From Lachnospiraceae bacterium (GTDB lineage: Bacteria > Bacillota > Clostridia > Lachnospirales > Lachnospiraceae): 64,000 bases of DNA. Position 1 is the stretch's first letter; the number at the start of each line of letters is the position of its first letter. Under the pieces are notes generated by a model. That model was not told the DNA's origin. It ran no database searches and was given only the letters and a program-made list of their open reading frames with translations. The stretch is from the NCBI GenBank assembly GCA_022774505.1, contig JALFLW010000079.1, forward strand, positions 158 to 64,157, written 5' to 3'. A program made the position numbers and the translations under genes. This document shows, piece by piece, positions 20,760 through 29,535 of this stretch.

Positions 20760-22817
20760 TTATACGATCCTCTTAAATTTTTTATCTAATTCTGTTTTTG
20801 TCATCTTGATCATTGTAGGACGTCCATGAGGACAATGGTACGGATTTTCCAATGTCATAAGTTCCCGCAGCAATTCTTCCATCTGTTCCCTCGGCAAACG
20901 ATTGTTTCCCTTAACAGCTGCTTTGCAGGACATAGATGCAATTTTATCCTTTAAAATATCCGGTGTATCCTTTGTGTGCTCATCCACCAGGGAATCAATG
21001 ATCTCCCTTAGCAGCTCCTCACTGCCGACCTGCGGAAGATGTGCCGGCACCCCGCTCACGGCATACTCTCTCCCGCCAAACGGATCGATCTGATATCCCA
21101 GCTCCTCAAAAACAGATATATGCTCTCTGACTGCCTGCTCCTCCTGCATTGTCAGCGTAAGAATGACAGGTGGCTGCAAAAGCTGTACCATCGGCTTTTT
21201 TTCTGCCAGCTGTTTCATAAAGCGTTCATAAAGAACCTTCTCATGTGCCGCATGCTGATCAACCATATACATCGCTTTATCATACTGCAGGATCCAATAG
21301 GTATCGAATATCTGTCCGATGATCTCAACCTCTTTTTGTACCTTTTCTGAAAGGATTCCCTGTTCAAAAAAAGATTCCTGTACCGGATTTTGGACAGTAC
21401 GTTGTTGGATATCATTTATCCCGTTATCCGGTCTCTCTGTTTGTCTGTCCGATTTTTCATACACATTCTTTTCATTGTCCGGCTCTTTGTCCGTTTTTTT
21501 GTATACTCTTTTTTCGCTGTCTTGTTCATTATTCGCTTTTTCACATACCGGCTTTTCGTTATCCGTTTTATTGTATACGGTCCTTTCTGTATCCGCTTCT
21601 CTATACACCGGCTTTTCATTATCCGGTTTCCCGTACACAGCCTTTTCCTGCACCAGACCCCTTTGCTGTAATTCTTTATCCTGCTTTTTTATCTCTTCCA
21701 GGATCTGCACAGACTGCATCCTCTTTTTTTCAAAAGGCTCCGGATCTCTTACCGGCTTTGCTGCAGTCCCTTCCCGTTTTGGGAAAGTTTTTGCTGCCGG
21801 TGAAGACAGAGAAACTTCCGGAATAAATTCCTTGTGTTTCAAAGCCTCACTAACCGCATGAAAAACGCTTTGATACATCCCCTGTGCATCAGAAAAACGG
21901 ATTTCCATCTTCTGAGGGTGTACATTAATATCTACCATTCCCGGATCAACCATAAAATGAAGTACCGTAAACGGATATCTGTGCTGCATGGTATATGGCT
22001 GATACGCATCCTCGATCGCTTTATGGATCGTAGAACTTTTAATATATCTGCCATTAATAAAATAATTCATATAATTACGGTTTCCCCTTGAAACAACCGG
22101 CTTACCGATGAAGCCTTTCACGCGGCAGTTTACCTCACTGGCATCCACCTCCAGCAGATTTGCTGTAATATCCTTGCCATAAATATGATAGATCACATCC
22201 TTAAGATTTCCATTTCCGGATGTATGGAGCTTTGTCTGATTCTGATTAATGAAACGAAAAGATATATCCGGATGGGACAATGCCAATCGCTCAAGCAGTG
22301 TATTAATATATCCGGCTTCTGTCGGGGATGATTTCAAAAATTTCAGTCTGGCAGGTGTATTATAAAACAGATTACGCACCAGGATCGTCGTCCCATCCGG
22401 GCAGCCAACCGGCTCCAGCGTCCGCTCCTTCCCTCCATCCGCTTCATAACGACATCCCATCAGCTCATTTCGTGTCTTGGTGACCATCTCAAGCTGTGAT
22501 ACCGAAGAGATACTGGCAAGTGCTTCACCACGGAATCCTAGAGTCGATACACTCATCAGATCATCGGCATTGTCAATCTTACTTGTAGCATGTGGCGTAA
22601 AAGCCAGTCGTACATCCTCCTCATTCATGCCGATCCCATTATCTGTCATACGGATCAGAGCCTTTCCACCCTCCTTCACCTCGACTGTAATCGCATTGGC
22701 ATCTGCGTCTATTGCATTTTCAGTCAATTCTTTTACTACAGCCATCGGACGCTCGATCACTTCCCCCGCCGCTATTTTATTAATTGTATCTTGATTCAGA
22801 ATATGTATATCTGACAT
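20760..22817 (-). CDS. mutL: DNA mismatch repair endonuclease MutL
   Basis: GHKL ATPase N-terminus (AAGEVIERPMAVVKELTENAIDA). C-terminal endonuclease motifs DQHAAHEKVLYE and CPHGRP. A repeat-containing linker sits in the middle. Confidence 0.95.
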   Translation of the reverse strand: MSDIHILNQDTINKIAAGEVIERPMAVVKELTENAIDADANAITVEVKEGGKALIRMTDNGIGMNEEDVRLAFTPHATSKIDNADDLMSVSTLGFRGEALASISSVSQLEMVTKTRNELMGCRYEADGGKERTLEPVGCPDGTTILVRNLFYNTPARLKFLKSSPTEAGYINTLLERLALSHPDISFRFINQNQTKLHTSGNGNLKDVIYHIYGKDITANLLEVDASEVNCRVKGFIGKPVVSRGNRNYMNYFINGRYIKSSTIHKAIEDAYQPYTMQHRYPFTVLHFMVDPGMVDINVHPQKMEIRFSDAQGMYQSVFHAVSEALKHKEFIPEVSLSSPAAKTFPKREGTAAKPVRDPEPFEKKRMQSVQILEEIKKQDKELQQRGLVQEKAVYGKPDNEKPVYREADTERTVYNKTDNEKPVCEKANNEQDSEKRVYKKTDKEPDNEKNVYEKSDRQTERPDNGINDIQQRTVQNPVQESFFEQGILSEKVQKEVEIIGQIFDTYWILQYDKAMYMVDQHAAHEKVLYERFMKQLAEKKPMVQLLQPPVILTLTMQEEQAVREHISVFEELGYQIDPFGGREYAVSGVPAHLPQVGSEELLREIIDSLVDEHTKDTPDILKDKIASMSCKAAVKGNNRLPREQMEELLRELMTLENPYHCPHGRPTMIKMTKTELDKKFKRIV
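21425..21650 (-). repeat. degenerate in-frame 30-42-bp tandem repeats in the MutL interdomain linker
   Basis: Encodes six x-V-Y-x-K-x-D-(N/T)-E-like units: KAVYGKPDNE, KPVYREADTE, RTVYNKTDNE, KPVCEKANNEQDSE, KRVYKKTDKEPDNE, KNVYEKSD. Confidence 0.6.
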
Positions 22818-22846
22818 TTTTCCACCTGCCTTTTTCTATGCTCTGA

Positions 22847-25555
22847 CTACATTCTTTCACGAAGCTTTGTCTGCATTTTATATAAAATATTCATTGCATC
22901 AATAGGTGTTGTATTCGACAGATCCAGATCATGCAGCTCATAAATGATATCGTCCGTTTTGACATTTGGCTGGTATCCGTCAAAAAGAGAAATCTGCCCC
23001 ATTTTCTCCGATTCAATCTCTGACTCTGTCTTTTTCCGTACTTTTCTCGGTTTTTTCGTCTGCTGTTCGATCCCGTATTCATAATCCGGGATTTCGTATT
23101 CTACGGCAATGTCCTTTGCCTTTTCGGCTATGTCATTATTGCTCAGCTCATCAACAATCTCACGGGCGCGCCGCAGTACACTTTCCGGTACTCCGGCAAG
23201 CTTCGCCACCTGAATACCATAGCTCTTATCCGCACCGCCTTTGACAATCTTGCGCAGAAAAATGATATCATCCCCCTGCTCCTTCACCGCAATACAGTAA
23301 TTATCAACGCTGTCCAGCTTTCCCTCCAGCTCCGTCAGTTCATGATAATGTGTGGCAAACAATGTCTTGGCACCCAGTAATTTCTTATCGGCAATATGCT
23401 CGATCACCGACCAGGCTATTCCAAGCCCATCAAATGTACTGGTTCCTCTTCCGATCTCATCCAGTATGATGAGACTGTCCTTCGTCGCATTCCTGAGAAT
23501 ATTGGCAACCTCTGTCATCTCTACCATAAATGTACTTTGACCACTGGCCAGATCATCCGATGCTCCAACTCTTGTAAATATGCGGTCCACTATACCGATC
23601 ACCGCCTTTTGTGCAGGCACAAAAGAACCGATCTGTGCCATCAGTACGATCAAAGCTGTCTGCCGCATATAAGTAGATTTTCCGGCCATATTCGGTCCTG
23701 TAATGATACTGATGCGGTGCTTATCATTATCCAGATATGTATCATTTGCCACAAACATATCATTTTTTATCATCTTTTCGACCACAGGATGTCTGCCGTT
23801 CTTTATGTCGATCACGCCCTTCTTGCGGATCTCGGGACGGATATAATTATTCTGTTCCGCTACCACAGCCAGCGATGCCAGCATGTCCACCTTCGCAATG
23901 ATCTTGGCAGCCTTCTGGATCCTGCCGATCTCTCCATAAATCGTGTCTCGTACTTCGCAAAAAACATTATATTCTAATGTATAAAGCTTGTCTTCGGCCC
24001 CAAGTATGGTATCCTCCAGCTCCTTTAACTTCGGTGTTGTATATCTCTCTGCATTTGCAAGGGTCTGTTTTCGCATCCAGTCATCCGGTACCAGATCCTT
24101 AAAAGAGTTTGTTACCTCCAGATAATAACCAAATACTTTATTAAATTTAATTTTTAAATTTTTAATCCCTGTCTTTTCTTTTTCCTCCTCTAAAAGCTCC
24201 GCCAGCCACTTTTTTCCATCTGTCTTGGCCGAGCGCAGCTTATCAATCTCCTCATTATATCCATCCCGGATCATTCCACCTTCACGTACAGTCAATGGGG
24301 CATCCTCGTCAATGGAATCGGTGATCAGACCACATATATCCGACATATCATCCAGCTGTCTGCCACAATCGGAAAGCAGTGTATCTCCCTCAAAACTGCT
24401 CAGCAGATATTTAATTGGCGGCAGCATTGCAAGAGACTGTTTAAATGCCAGCAGATCCTTTGGATTTGCACTGCGGTAACTGATCTTGCTGATCAGCCTT
24501 TCCAGATCATAAATAGGTGACAGATATTCCCGGAGTTCCTCTCTTGATATTGCATTATTATTCATGGTCTCAATGGCATCCAGACGCTCATTGATCTTAT
24601 CCTTATCTAAAAGAGGCTGTTCGATAGAGTTACGGAGCTTTCTTGCCCCCATAGCCGTTTTTGTCTTATCTAAAACCCAGAAAAGCGATCCCCTCTTGGC
24701 TTTCTCACGCATGGTCTCACACAGCTCCAGATTTCTCCGGGTCGCTCTGTCTAAAAGCATGTAGCTGTTTGGCACATATGGCCTGATGGTTGTAATATGA
24801 TCCAGGGATATTTTCTGCGTTTCTTCGAGATACTGCATAACAGCCCCTGCTGCCGTCACGCCGATGGAATAATCGGCAAGCCCAAGCCCATCCAGTGAAG
24901 CTACATGAAAATGACGGCACAAGCTGTCCACACAGCGGTCTTCATCAAAATGCCATGGATCGATAGCTGAAACAACGATCTTTAAACGTCCCCTGAGATC
25001 CTCTACATCCACACCTGATACTAAAAAAGAATCATTGCAGATAATCTCAGACGGCATAGTCTTTCCAATTTCGTCCAAAAGCTTATTTTCTGAATCAAAC
25101 TCTGTGACATAGTAGTCTCCGGTTGTAACATCCACATAAGATACTCCGTAAGCATTCGTTGTATACACGATACAGAGAAGGTAATTGTTTCTGCTTTCGT
25201 CAAGAGCCTGCATATTCAGATTCGTCCCGGGAGTTGCCACCCTGACTACTTCCCTCTTTACAAGTCCCTTCGCCAGCTTCGGATCCTCCACCTGCTCACA
25301 GATGGCGACCTTATATCCCCTGCTGATCAATTTATCAAGATACCCGTCTACTGCGTGAAAAGGCACGCCGCACATAGGTGCACGTTCTTCCAGTCCACAG
25401 CTTTTGCCGGTCAATGTCAGCTCCAGCTCCTTGGATACAATCTTTGCATCATCAAAAAACATTTCATAAAAGTCCCCTAAACGATAAAAAAGAATACAAT
25501 CCTTGTATTCCTCTTTCGTTTCCAGATACTTTTGCATCATTGGTGTCAGTGCCAT
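22847..25555 (-). CDS. mutS: DNA mismatch repair protein MutS
   Basis: 902 aa. N-terminal mismatch-binding LFYRLGDFYEMF, Walker A GPNMAGKST, DEIGRGTSTFDG, and the ATHYHEL motif. Confidence 0.95.
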   Translation of the reverse strand: MALTPMMQKYLETKEEYKDCILFYRLGDFYEMFFDDAKIVSKELELTLTGKSCGLEERAPMCGVPFHAVDGYLDKLISRGYKVAICEQVEDPKLAKGLVKREVVRVATPGTNLNMQALDESRNNYLLCIVYTTNAYGVSYVDVTTGDYYVTEFDSENKLLDEIGKTMPSEIICNDSFLVSGVDVEDLRGRLKIVVSAIDPWHFDEDRCVDSLCRHFHVASLDGLGLADYSIGVTAAGAVMQYLEETQKISLDHITTIRPYVPNSYMLLDRATRRNLELCETMREKAKRGSLFWVLDKTKTAMGARKLRNSIEQPLLDKDKINERLDAIETMNNNAISREELREYLSPIYDLERLISKISYRSANPKDLLAFKQSLAMLPPIKYLLSSFEGDTLLSDCGRQLDDMSDICGLITDSIDEDAPLTVREGGMIRDGYNEEIDKLRSAKTDGKKWLAELLEEEKEKTGIKNLKIKFNKVFGYYLEVTNSFKDLVPDDWMRKQTLANAERYTTPKLKELEDTILGAEDKLYTLEYNVFCEVRDTIYGEIGRIQKAAKIIAKVDMLASLAVVAEQNNYIRPEIRKKGVIDIKNGRHPVVEKMIKNDMFVANDTYLDNDKHRISIITGPNMAGKSTYMRQTALIVLMAQIGSFVPAQKAVIGIVDRIFTRVGASDDLASGQSTFMVEMTEVANILRNATKDSLIILDEIGRGTSTFDGLGIAWSVIEHIADKKLLGAKTLFATHYHELTELEGKLDSVDNYCIAVKEQGDDIIFLRKIVKGGADKSYGIQVAKLAGVPESVLRRAREIVDELSNNDIAEKAKDIAVEYEIPDYEYGIEQQTKKPRKVRKKTESEIESEKMGQISLFDGYQPNVKTDDIIYELHDLDLSNTTPIDAMNILYKMQTKLRERM

Positions 25556-25677
25556 ATCTTTATCTCTCCGTTTTCTCTAAAAAAGGGCAAAATATATATT
25601 TTGCCCTCCAGAAACCACTTTACAATTCTTTCTGGTATGTTCATTCGTCTACAAGCATTTTAACAGCATTAAATCAA

Positions 25678-26026
25678 ATAAGGAGCAGCACTGTAAGCCG
25701 GGTTCTGTATCAGACGATCATCTATCTAGGACTACCGTTACCGGCAGCCTCAAGCAACCTACCCGGAACACGGCGGGCCGCCGTATCGTCCCTGTTCGGT
25801 CTTGCTTCGGATGGGGTTTACACAGCCATCTCCGTTACCGCAGATGCGGTGAGCTCTTACCTCGCCTTTTCACCCTTACCAGACAGACTGGCGGTTATTT
25901 TCTGTTGCACTTGCCTGGGAGTCACCTCCACCGGACGTTATCCGGCATCCTGCCCTATGAAGCCCGGACTTTCCTCACCTGTGGCCTTTCGGCACTTACA
26001 GCTGCGATCATCTGTGCTGCTCATCA
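25678..26026 (-). ncRNA. rnpB: RNase P RNA (bacterial type A architecture)
   Basis: The minus strand reads GAGGAAAGTCCGGGC (CR-I) near the 5' end and ACAGAACCCGGCTTA (CR-V) near the 3' end. In between are GGTAAGGGTGAAAAGG...GGTAAGAGC...CCGGGTAGGTTGCTTGAGG, collinear with the E. coli M1 RNA I recall. The P1 helix is GAGCAGCAC/GTGCTGCTC (26014-26022 with 25683-25691). Ends are approximate. Confidence 0.85.
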
Positions 26027-26077
26027 ACGCTCATTTTACCATGAGGCCGTGGAAAAGTAAAGTCAGAACACTGCCGA

Positions 26078-26356
26078 TCAAACATAATCATCTTCCTCTA
26101 TCACATGAATCTCTAAATAATCAAAATCTATATCATCTATAAAATTATCTCTGCGAAATCTCGTCTTATCTACTCTCTGAAATTCCTTGATATTAGAATC
26201 CAGCCAGATAGGTCTGCTCAGGTCAAACGCATAACAGACCTCATCTAAGGCATCAAAAACCTTTTTTGTTCTGTTTTTTTCTCTGCTGTCATCGCTGATG
26301 GTCAGATCCTGCAGCATTCTGTTGTCTTTAAATATCTTTGCCCACAAACGAAACAT
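26078..26356 (-). CDS. hypothetical small acidic protein (92 aa)
   Basis: The ORF has good coding appearance and an acidic C-terminus (DDIDFDYLEIHVIEEDDYV). No family recognised. Confidence 0.45.
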   Translation of the reverse strand: MFRLWAKIFKDNRMLQDLTISDDSREKNRTKKVFDALDEVCYAFDLSRPIWLDSNIKEFQRVDKTRFRRDNFIDDIDFDYLEIHVIEEDDYV

Positions 26357-26369
26357 TTTTTCTCTCCTG

Positions 26370-27419
26370 TTACCGTGTCGTAATCTTATTAATATTTTTG
26401 ATCAATACGGAAATCGTTCCATCCGGATTGGTAATAAATTCTACCTGCTCAACGTCCTGATATTGTTCCATGGGAATATTGATCTCAATCCCAGTGTCCG
26501 TCTTCAGATACTGCTTTTCAAATTTTTTGGTCGTCCGCTCACTTTGTGGTGTCACCTGCGCAGTCTCCATATGGTATTTTTCCATCTTCTTGTCAAATTC
26601 TTCTTTGATCTGTGGTACATCTCCATATAATTTTTCACTGACCTTTTCAACACTGACCGAACCGGTTTCTTCCATCTGCTCTTTAATGACACGTTTTGCT
26701 TCTAACTGTTTTACCGGCTCTTCCGAATAATGCTTTTTATTTACCTGTTTTACGGCATTTACGACAATATCGAGCTTTGTCTTGGAAGACATGGCTGCAT
26801 GACAGTGAAGATACATCTCTGACAGATAATTTACTTTATTTCCGTTTATCTCATATTTCTTTTCGATGATCTGTACACTGTAATCTGACAGATCAATGAT
26901 CACTGCCTCCGAAAGCTTCGTCGTTGCACTCGGAAGCATCGAACGATACCGGATGATCCGGTTGATATTTTTTCCCTCTTCATTCTGAGTCATATGAACA
27001 TAGCTTTCCTTGTAATTCATTTTTAGAAGTCCTAAATATTGGACAGAATGTACCTGAAAAGTCACTACACCAAAGTCGGCTGATGGTATCGTGATATTGG
27101 CATTCATAATATCATACAATGACTGGGCAAGTTTTTTGCTGTCCTCTATCATATTCTCCTCAGAAAACTGCTTTACCAGTGCATAAACATCTGTCTGAGG
27201 ATAAGCCGGTGCTTCTGTCTCCGTTTCCTCCACCTCTGCTCCGTCAAAAAAGCATTTCTTCATCTCATCTCCGGACATGATCTTATATATCAATCCACGA
27301 AAGAAATCGTTTATATCCGGCGAAAGATCCAAAACCTCCTCAGAAAATACCGGATAGCCCAGCTCTGCATCCAATATATGTACGATTCCCTTTCGAATAA
27401 TGATTTCATCCTGTGTCAA
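26370..27419 (-). CDS. nucleoid-associated protein, NA37/YejK-like (tentative)
   Basis: N-terminal IVHILD plus a central FGVVTFQVHSVQYLGLLKMNY block resemble the E. coli YejK layout (IALHQL ... [22 protein letters not shown]). The likely start is TTG at 27419, 8 nt after an aaaggagag SD and just past the RNase G stop. The track's GTG at 27452 would overlap RNase G by 32 nt. Confidence 0.45.
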   Translation of the reverse strand: MTQDEIIIRKGIVHILDAELGYPVFSEEVLDLSPDINDFFRGLIYKIMSGDEMKKCFFDGAEVEETETEAPAYPQTDVYALVKQFSEENMIEDSKKLAQSLYDIMNANITIPSADFGVVTFQVHSVQYLGLLKMNYKESYVHMTQNEEGKNINRIIRYRSMLPSATTKLSEAVIIDLSDYSVQIIEKKYEINGNKVNYLSEMYLHCHAAMSSKTKLDIVVNAVKQVNKKHYSEEPVKQLEAKRVIKEQMEETGSVSVEKVSEKLYGDVPQIKEEFDKKMEKYHMETAQVTPQSERTTKKFEKQYLKTDTGIEINIPMEQYQDVEQVEFITNPDGTISVLIKNINKITTR

Positions 27420-27420
27420 G

Positions 27421-28653
27421 CTATTCACTCTCCTTTTGCATTTTCCTCTCACTGCCCCTCAAACTGTTTATCTGCTCATACAGGCTCTTACGGGCTTTTT
27501 TTCTCGTAATCTCTACAAGTCCCAGCTTTGTCATATCAACGACCGTTGTCTGCGCCGGATCTTTTCGTACCTCCTGCCGCAAGATCTCCATAAGACTCTT
27601 TTGGTCTTCCTCCGATTTCATATCAATAAAGTCCACCAGCACGATTCCCGACAAATTCCGCAGCCTCATCTGAACAGCAATTTCCCTTGCTGCCTCCACA
27701 TTTATCTTATAAAACGTCTTCTGAACATCCTTTTTTTTCGAAATGGCCTTTCCGGTATTTACATCGATAGATATCAATGCTTCCGTCGGCTGTATCACAA
27801 GATACGCTCCGCTTTTGAGCCACACCTTAGGCATCAGGGCATGTTCCAGCGATCTTGATACATTGTATACCGCATCCAGCTTCCCATTTTCCGGACTCCA
27901 CATCGTCAGTTTTTGCAGACTTTCCGGATCATTTTCTGTCAGATGATCATACACTTTCTCATAAATATCCTGATCATCCGTTATTATTTTGTCCACTTCC
28001 GCCGCATAACCGTCCCTTATATCGGCCAAATACACAGGCAACGCCCGCTCCAGCCGGCTCATAGCCACCTTATGGATCCCTTCTTTGCGAAGCTTATCAT
28101 ACCGGTCGATAAGTTTCTCCATCTCCCTGCGTAAAACTTTCTCGGAAGCTTCACTGCTATTGGTCCTGGCAATCAGCAGGAAGTCCTCCTGCCGGTATTC
28201 CTCCAATAATTCCAGAAGATATTTTCTCTTTTCTTTATCTTTTATTTTTTTGGATACATTACATCCGCTTTTTCCGATCGTTAAAACAATATATCTTCCC
28301 GTCAGATCGATCATTCCGGTAAGTGCCGGAGGCTTTGTCTTGATCGCTTCCTGCTTGATCTGCACAATGATCTCATCCCCGATCAGTACCCGTCCATCAT
28401 CCTGTCTTCCGCCTGAGGTATGAATCGGTACCGCCTTCTCCGCCAATGAAAGATATCCCATTTTCCCTTTGGCAAATTCCACAAAAGCCGCATTAATATT
28501 CTTGACAACGTTACGGACTTTTCCGACATAGATATCGCCAACCGCTGTATTTTCCGGATCGTCCTCAGCCTCTGCATGTATCTGGAGGATACGTCTTCCA
28601 TCTGCAAGAACAGATAATATTCCTTCTTCTCTTTTCATCAATAAAAGTTCCAT
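27421..28653 (-). CDS. rng: Rne/Rng-family ribonuclease (RNase G-like)
   Basis: 410 aa. S1 domain GDIYVGKVRNVVKNINAAFVEF, then LISIDVNTGK and the IVLVDFIDM catalytic-core motifs of RNase E/G. Confidence 0.8.
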   Translation of the reverse strand: MELLLMKREEGILSVLADGRRILQIHAEAEDDPENTAVGDIYVGKVRNVVKNINAAFVEFAKGKMGYLSLAEKAVPIHTSGGRQDDGRVLIGDEIIVQIKQEAIKTKPPALTGMIDLTGRYIVLTIGKSGCNVSKKIKDKEKRKYLLELLEEYRQEDFLLIARTNSSEASEKVLRREMEKLIDRYDKLRKEGIHKVAMSRLERALPVYLADIRDGYAAEVDKIITDDQDIYEKVYDHLTENDPESLQKLTMWSPENGKLDAVYNVSRSLEHALMPKVWLKSGAYLVIQPTEALISIDVNTGKAISKKKDVQKTFYKINVEAAREIAVQMRLRNLSGIVLVDFIDMKSEEDQKSLMEILRQEVRKDPAQTTVVDMTKLGLVEITRKKARKSLYEQINSLRGSERKMQKESE

Positions 28654-28678
28654 GACGTTCTCCTCCTTTTTCGCCTAT

Positions 28679-29491
28679 TTATTTCTTTTGACTTCCATAT
28701 TCAGATAAAGGGACCAATACACAGGGTACCTCATCATGCAGTAAATGGATCTCTCCCTTTTTCCCATTAACATCACCATACATTTCCAGACGGTGGATCT
28801 GGTAGTCCAGGAAATCATAAGGTACATCCATAAATTGACACAATGCCTGCATAACAAGTTCCGGTTTAATATTCAGCACACTTCCAGCCGTCAGCTGGCA
28901 AAAGATGACCGGCTGATACTCCTGAAGGTCAATGCAAAGCGGCCCGTATTCTATTCCCGTACTTTTCTGAAACTGCTCTATTTCCGTATTCAAATAATAA
29001 ATATTCGGTCTGATGTCTACAAGCTTTTCTGAGCGTTTCGTCTTTTTTGTTATCAAGATCTCCGGCTGTGCCAGAAAATCTCCCAGAACTTTTTCCTGTT
29101 TCTGTCTGTCCCGAAAAACAGACTCCTTGCCCGGTTTTAATGCTACCAGATAGTCGCATCCTGCCAGCATTGCCATAGACGGCTTGGAGTCGTCCGGCAG
29201 CAGTACAAAATCTTTCACCCGTATCTCATCATTCATCTGTGAATTTATCCATTCTACCATCCGCTCCGGCTCCGGACATTCCTCCAGTTCCATATCCATA
29301 TATTCAGCATCACTGGTAAGTCCGATTCCAAGAGGCGAGGTGAAGGAAAGAATCTGATGTGGAGAATACCCTTTACTGTAGCTTACCGGAATATGTGCAC
29401 GTCTGAACGCCTTCTGAAAATAACGCATTACATCCAAATGACCGATAAACCGCATTGATCCGCATTTTGAAAATTTAATTCTCGCTTTCAT
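28679..29491 (-). CDS. radical-SAM-associated protein, TIGR03936/DUF2344 family
   Basis: N-terminus RIKFSKCGSMRFIGHLDVMRYFQKAFRRAHIPVSYSKGYSPHQ matches my memory of DUF2344. It is always partnered with the upstream radical SAM protein. Confidence 0.7.
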   Translation of the reverse strand: MKARIKFSKCGSMRFIGHLDVMRYFQKAFRRAHIPVSYSKGYSPHQILSFTSPLGIGLTSDAEYMDMELEECPEPERMVEWINSQMNDEIRVKDFVLLPDDSKPSMAMLAGCDYLVALKPGKESVFRDRQKQEKVLGDFLAQPEILITKKTKRSEKLVDIRPNIYYLNTEIEQFQKSTGIEYGPLCIDLQEYQPVIFCQLTAGSVLNIKPELVMQALCQFMDVPYDFLDYQIHRLEMYGDVNGKKGEIHLLHDEVPCVLVPLSEYGSQKK

Positions 29492-29535
29492 TTATATAAC
29501 CATGCCCTTTCCTGTACTTTGCAGCCTTCTGCCGG

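Noticed and set aside
25378-26142. 254-aa plus-strand ORF in the track.
   Set aside because: It spans the mutS 5' end in antisense and the whole RNase P RNA gene. The high-GC structured RNA keeps a frame open by chance. The conserved RNase P motifs GAGGAAAGTCCGGGC and ACAGAACCCGGCTTA explain the region better.
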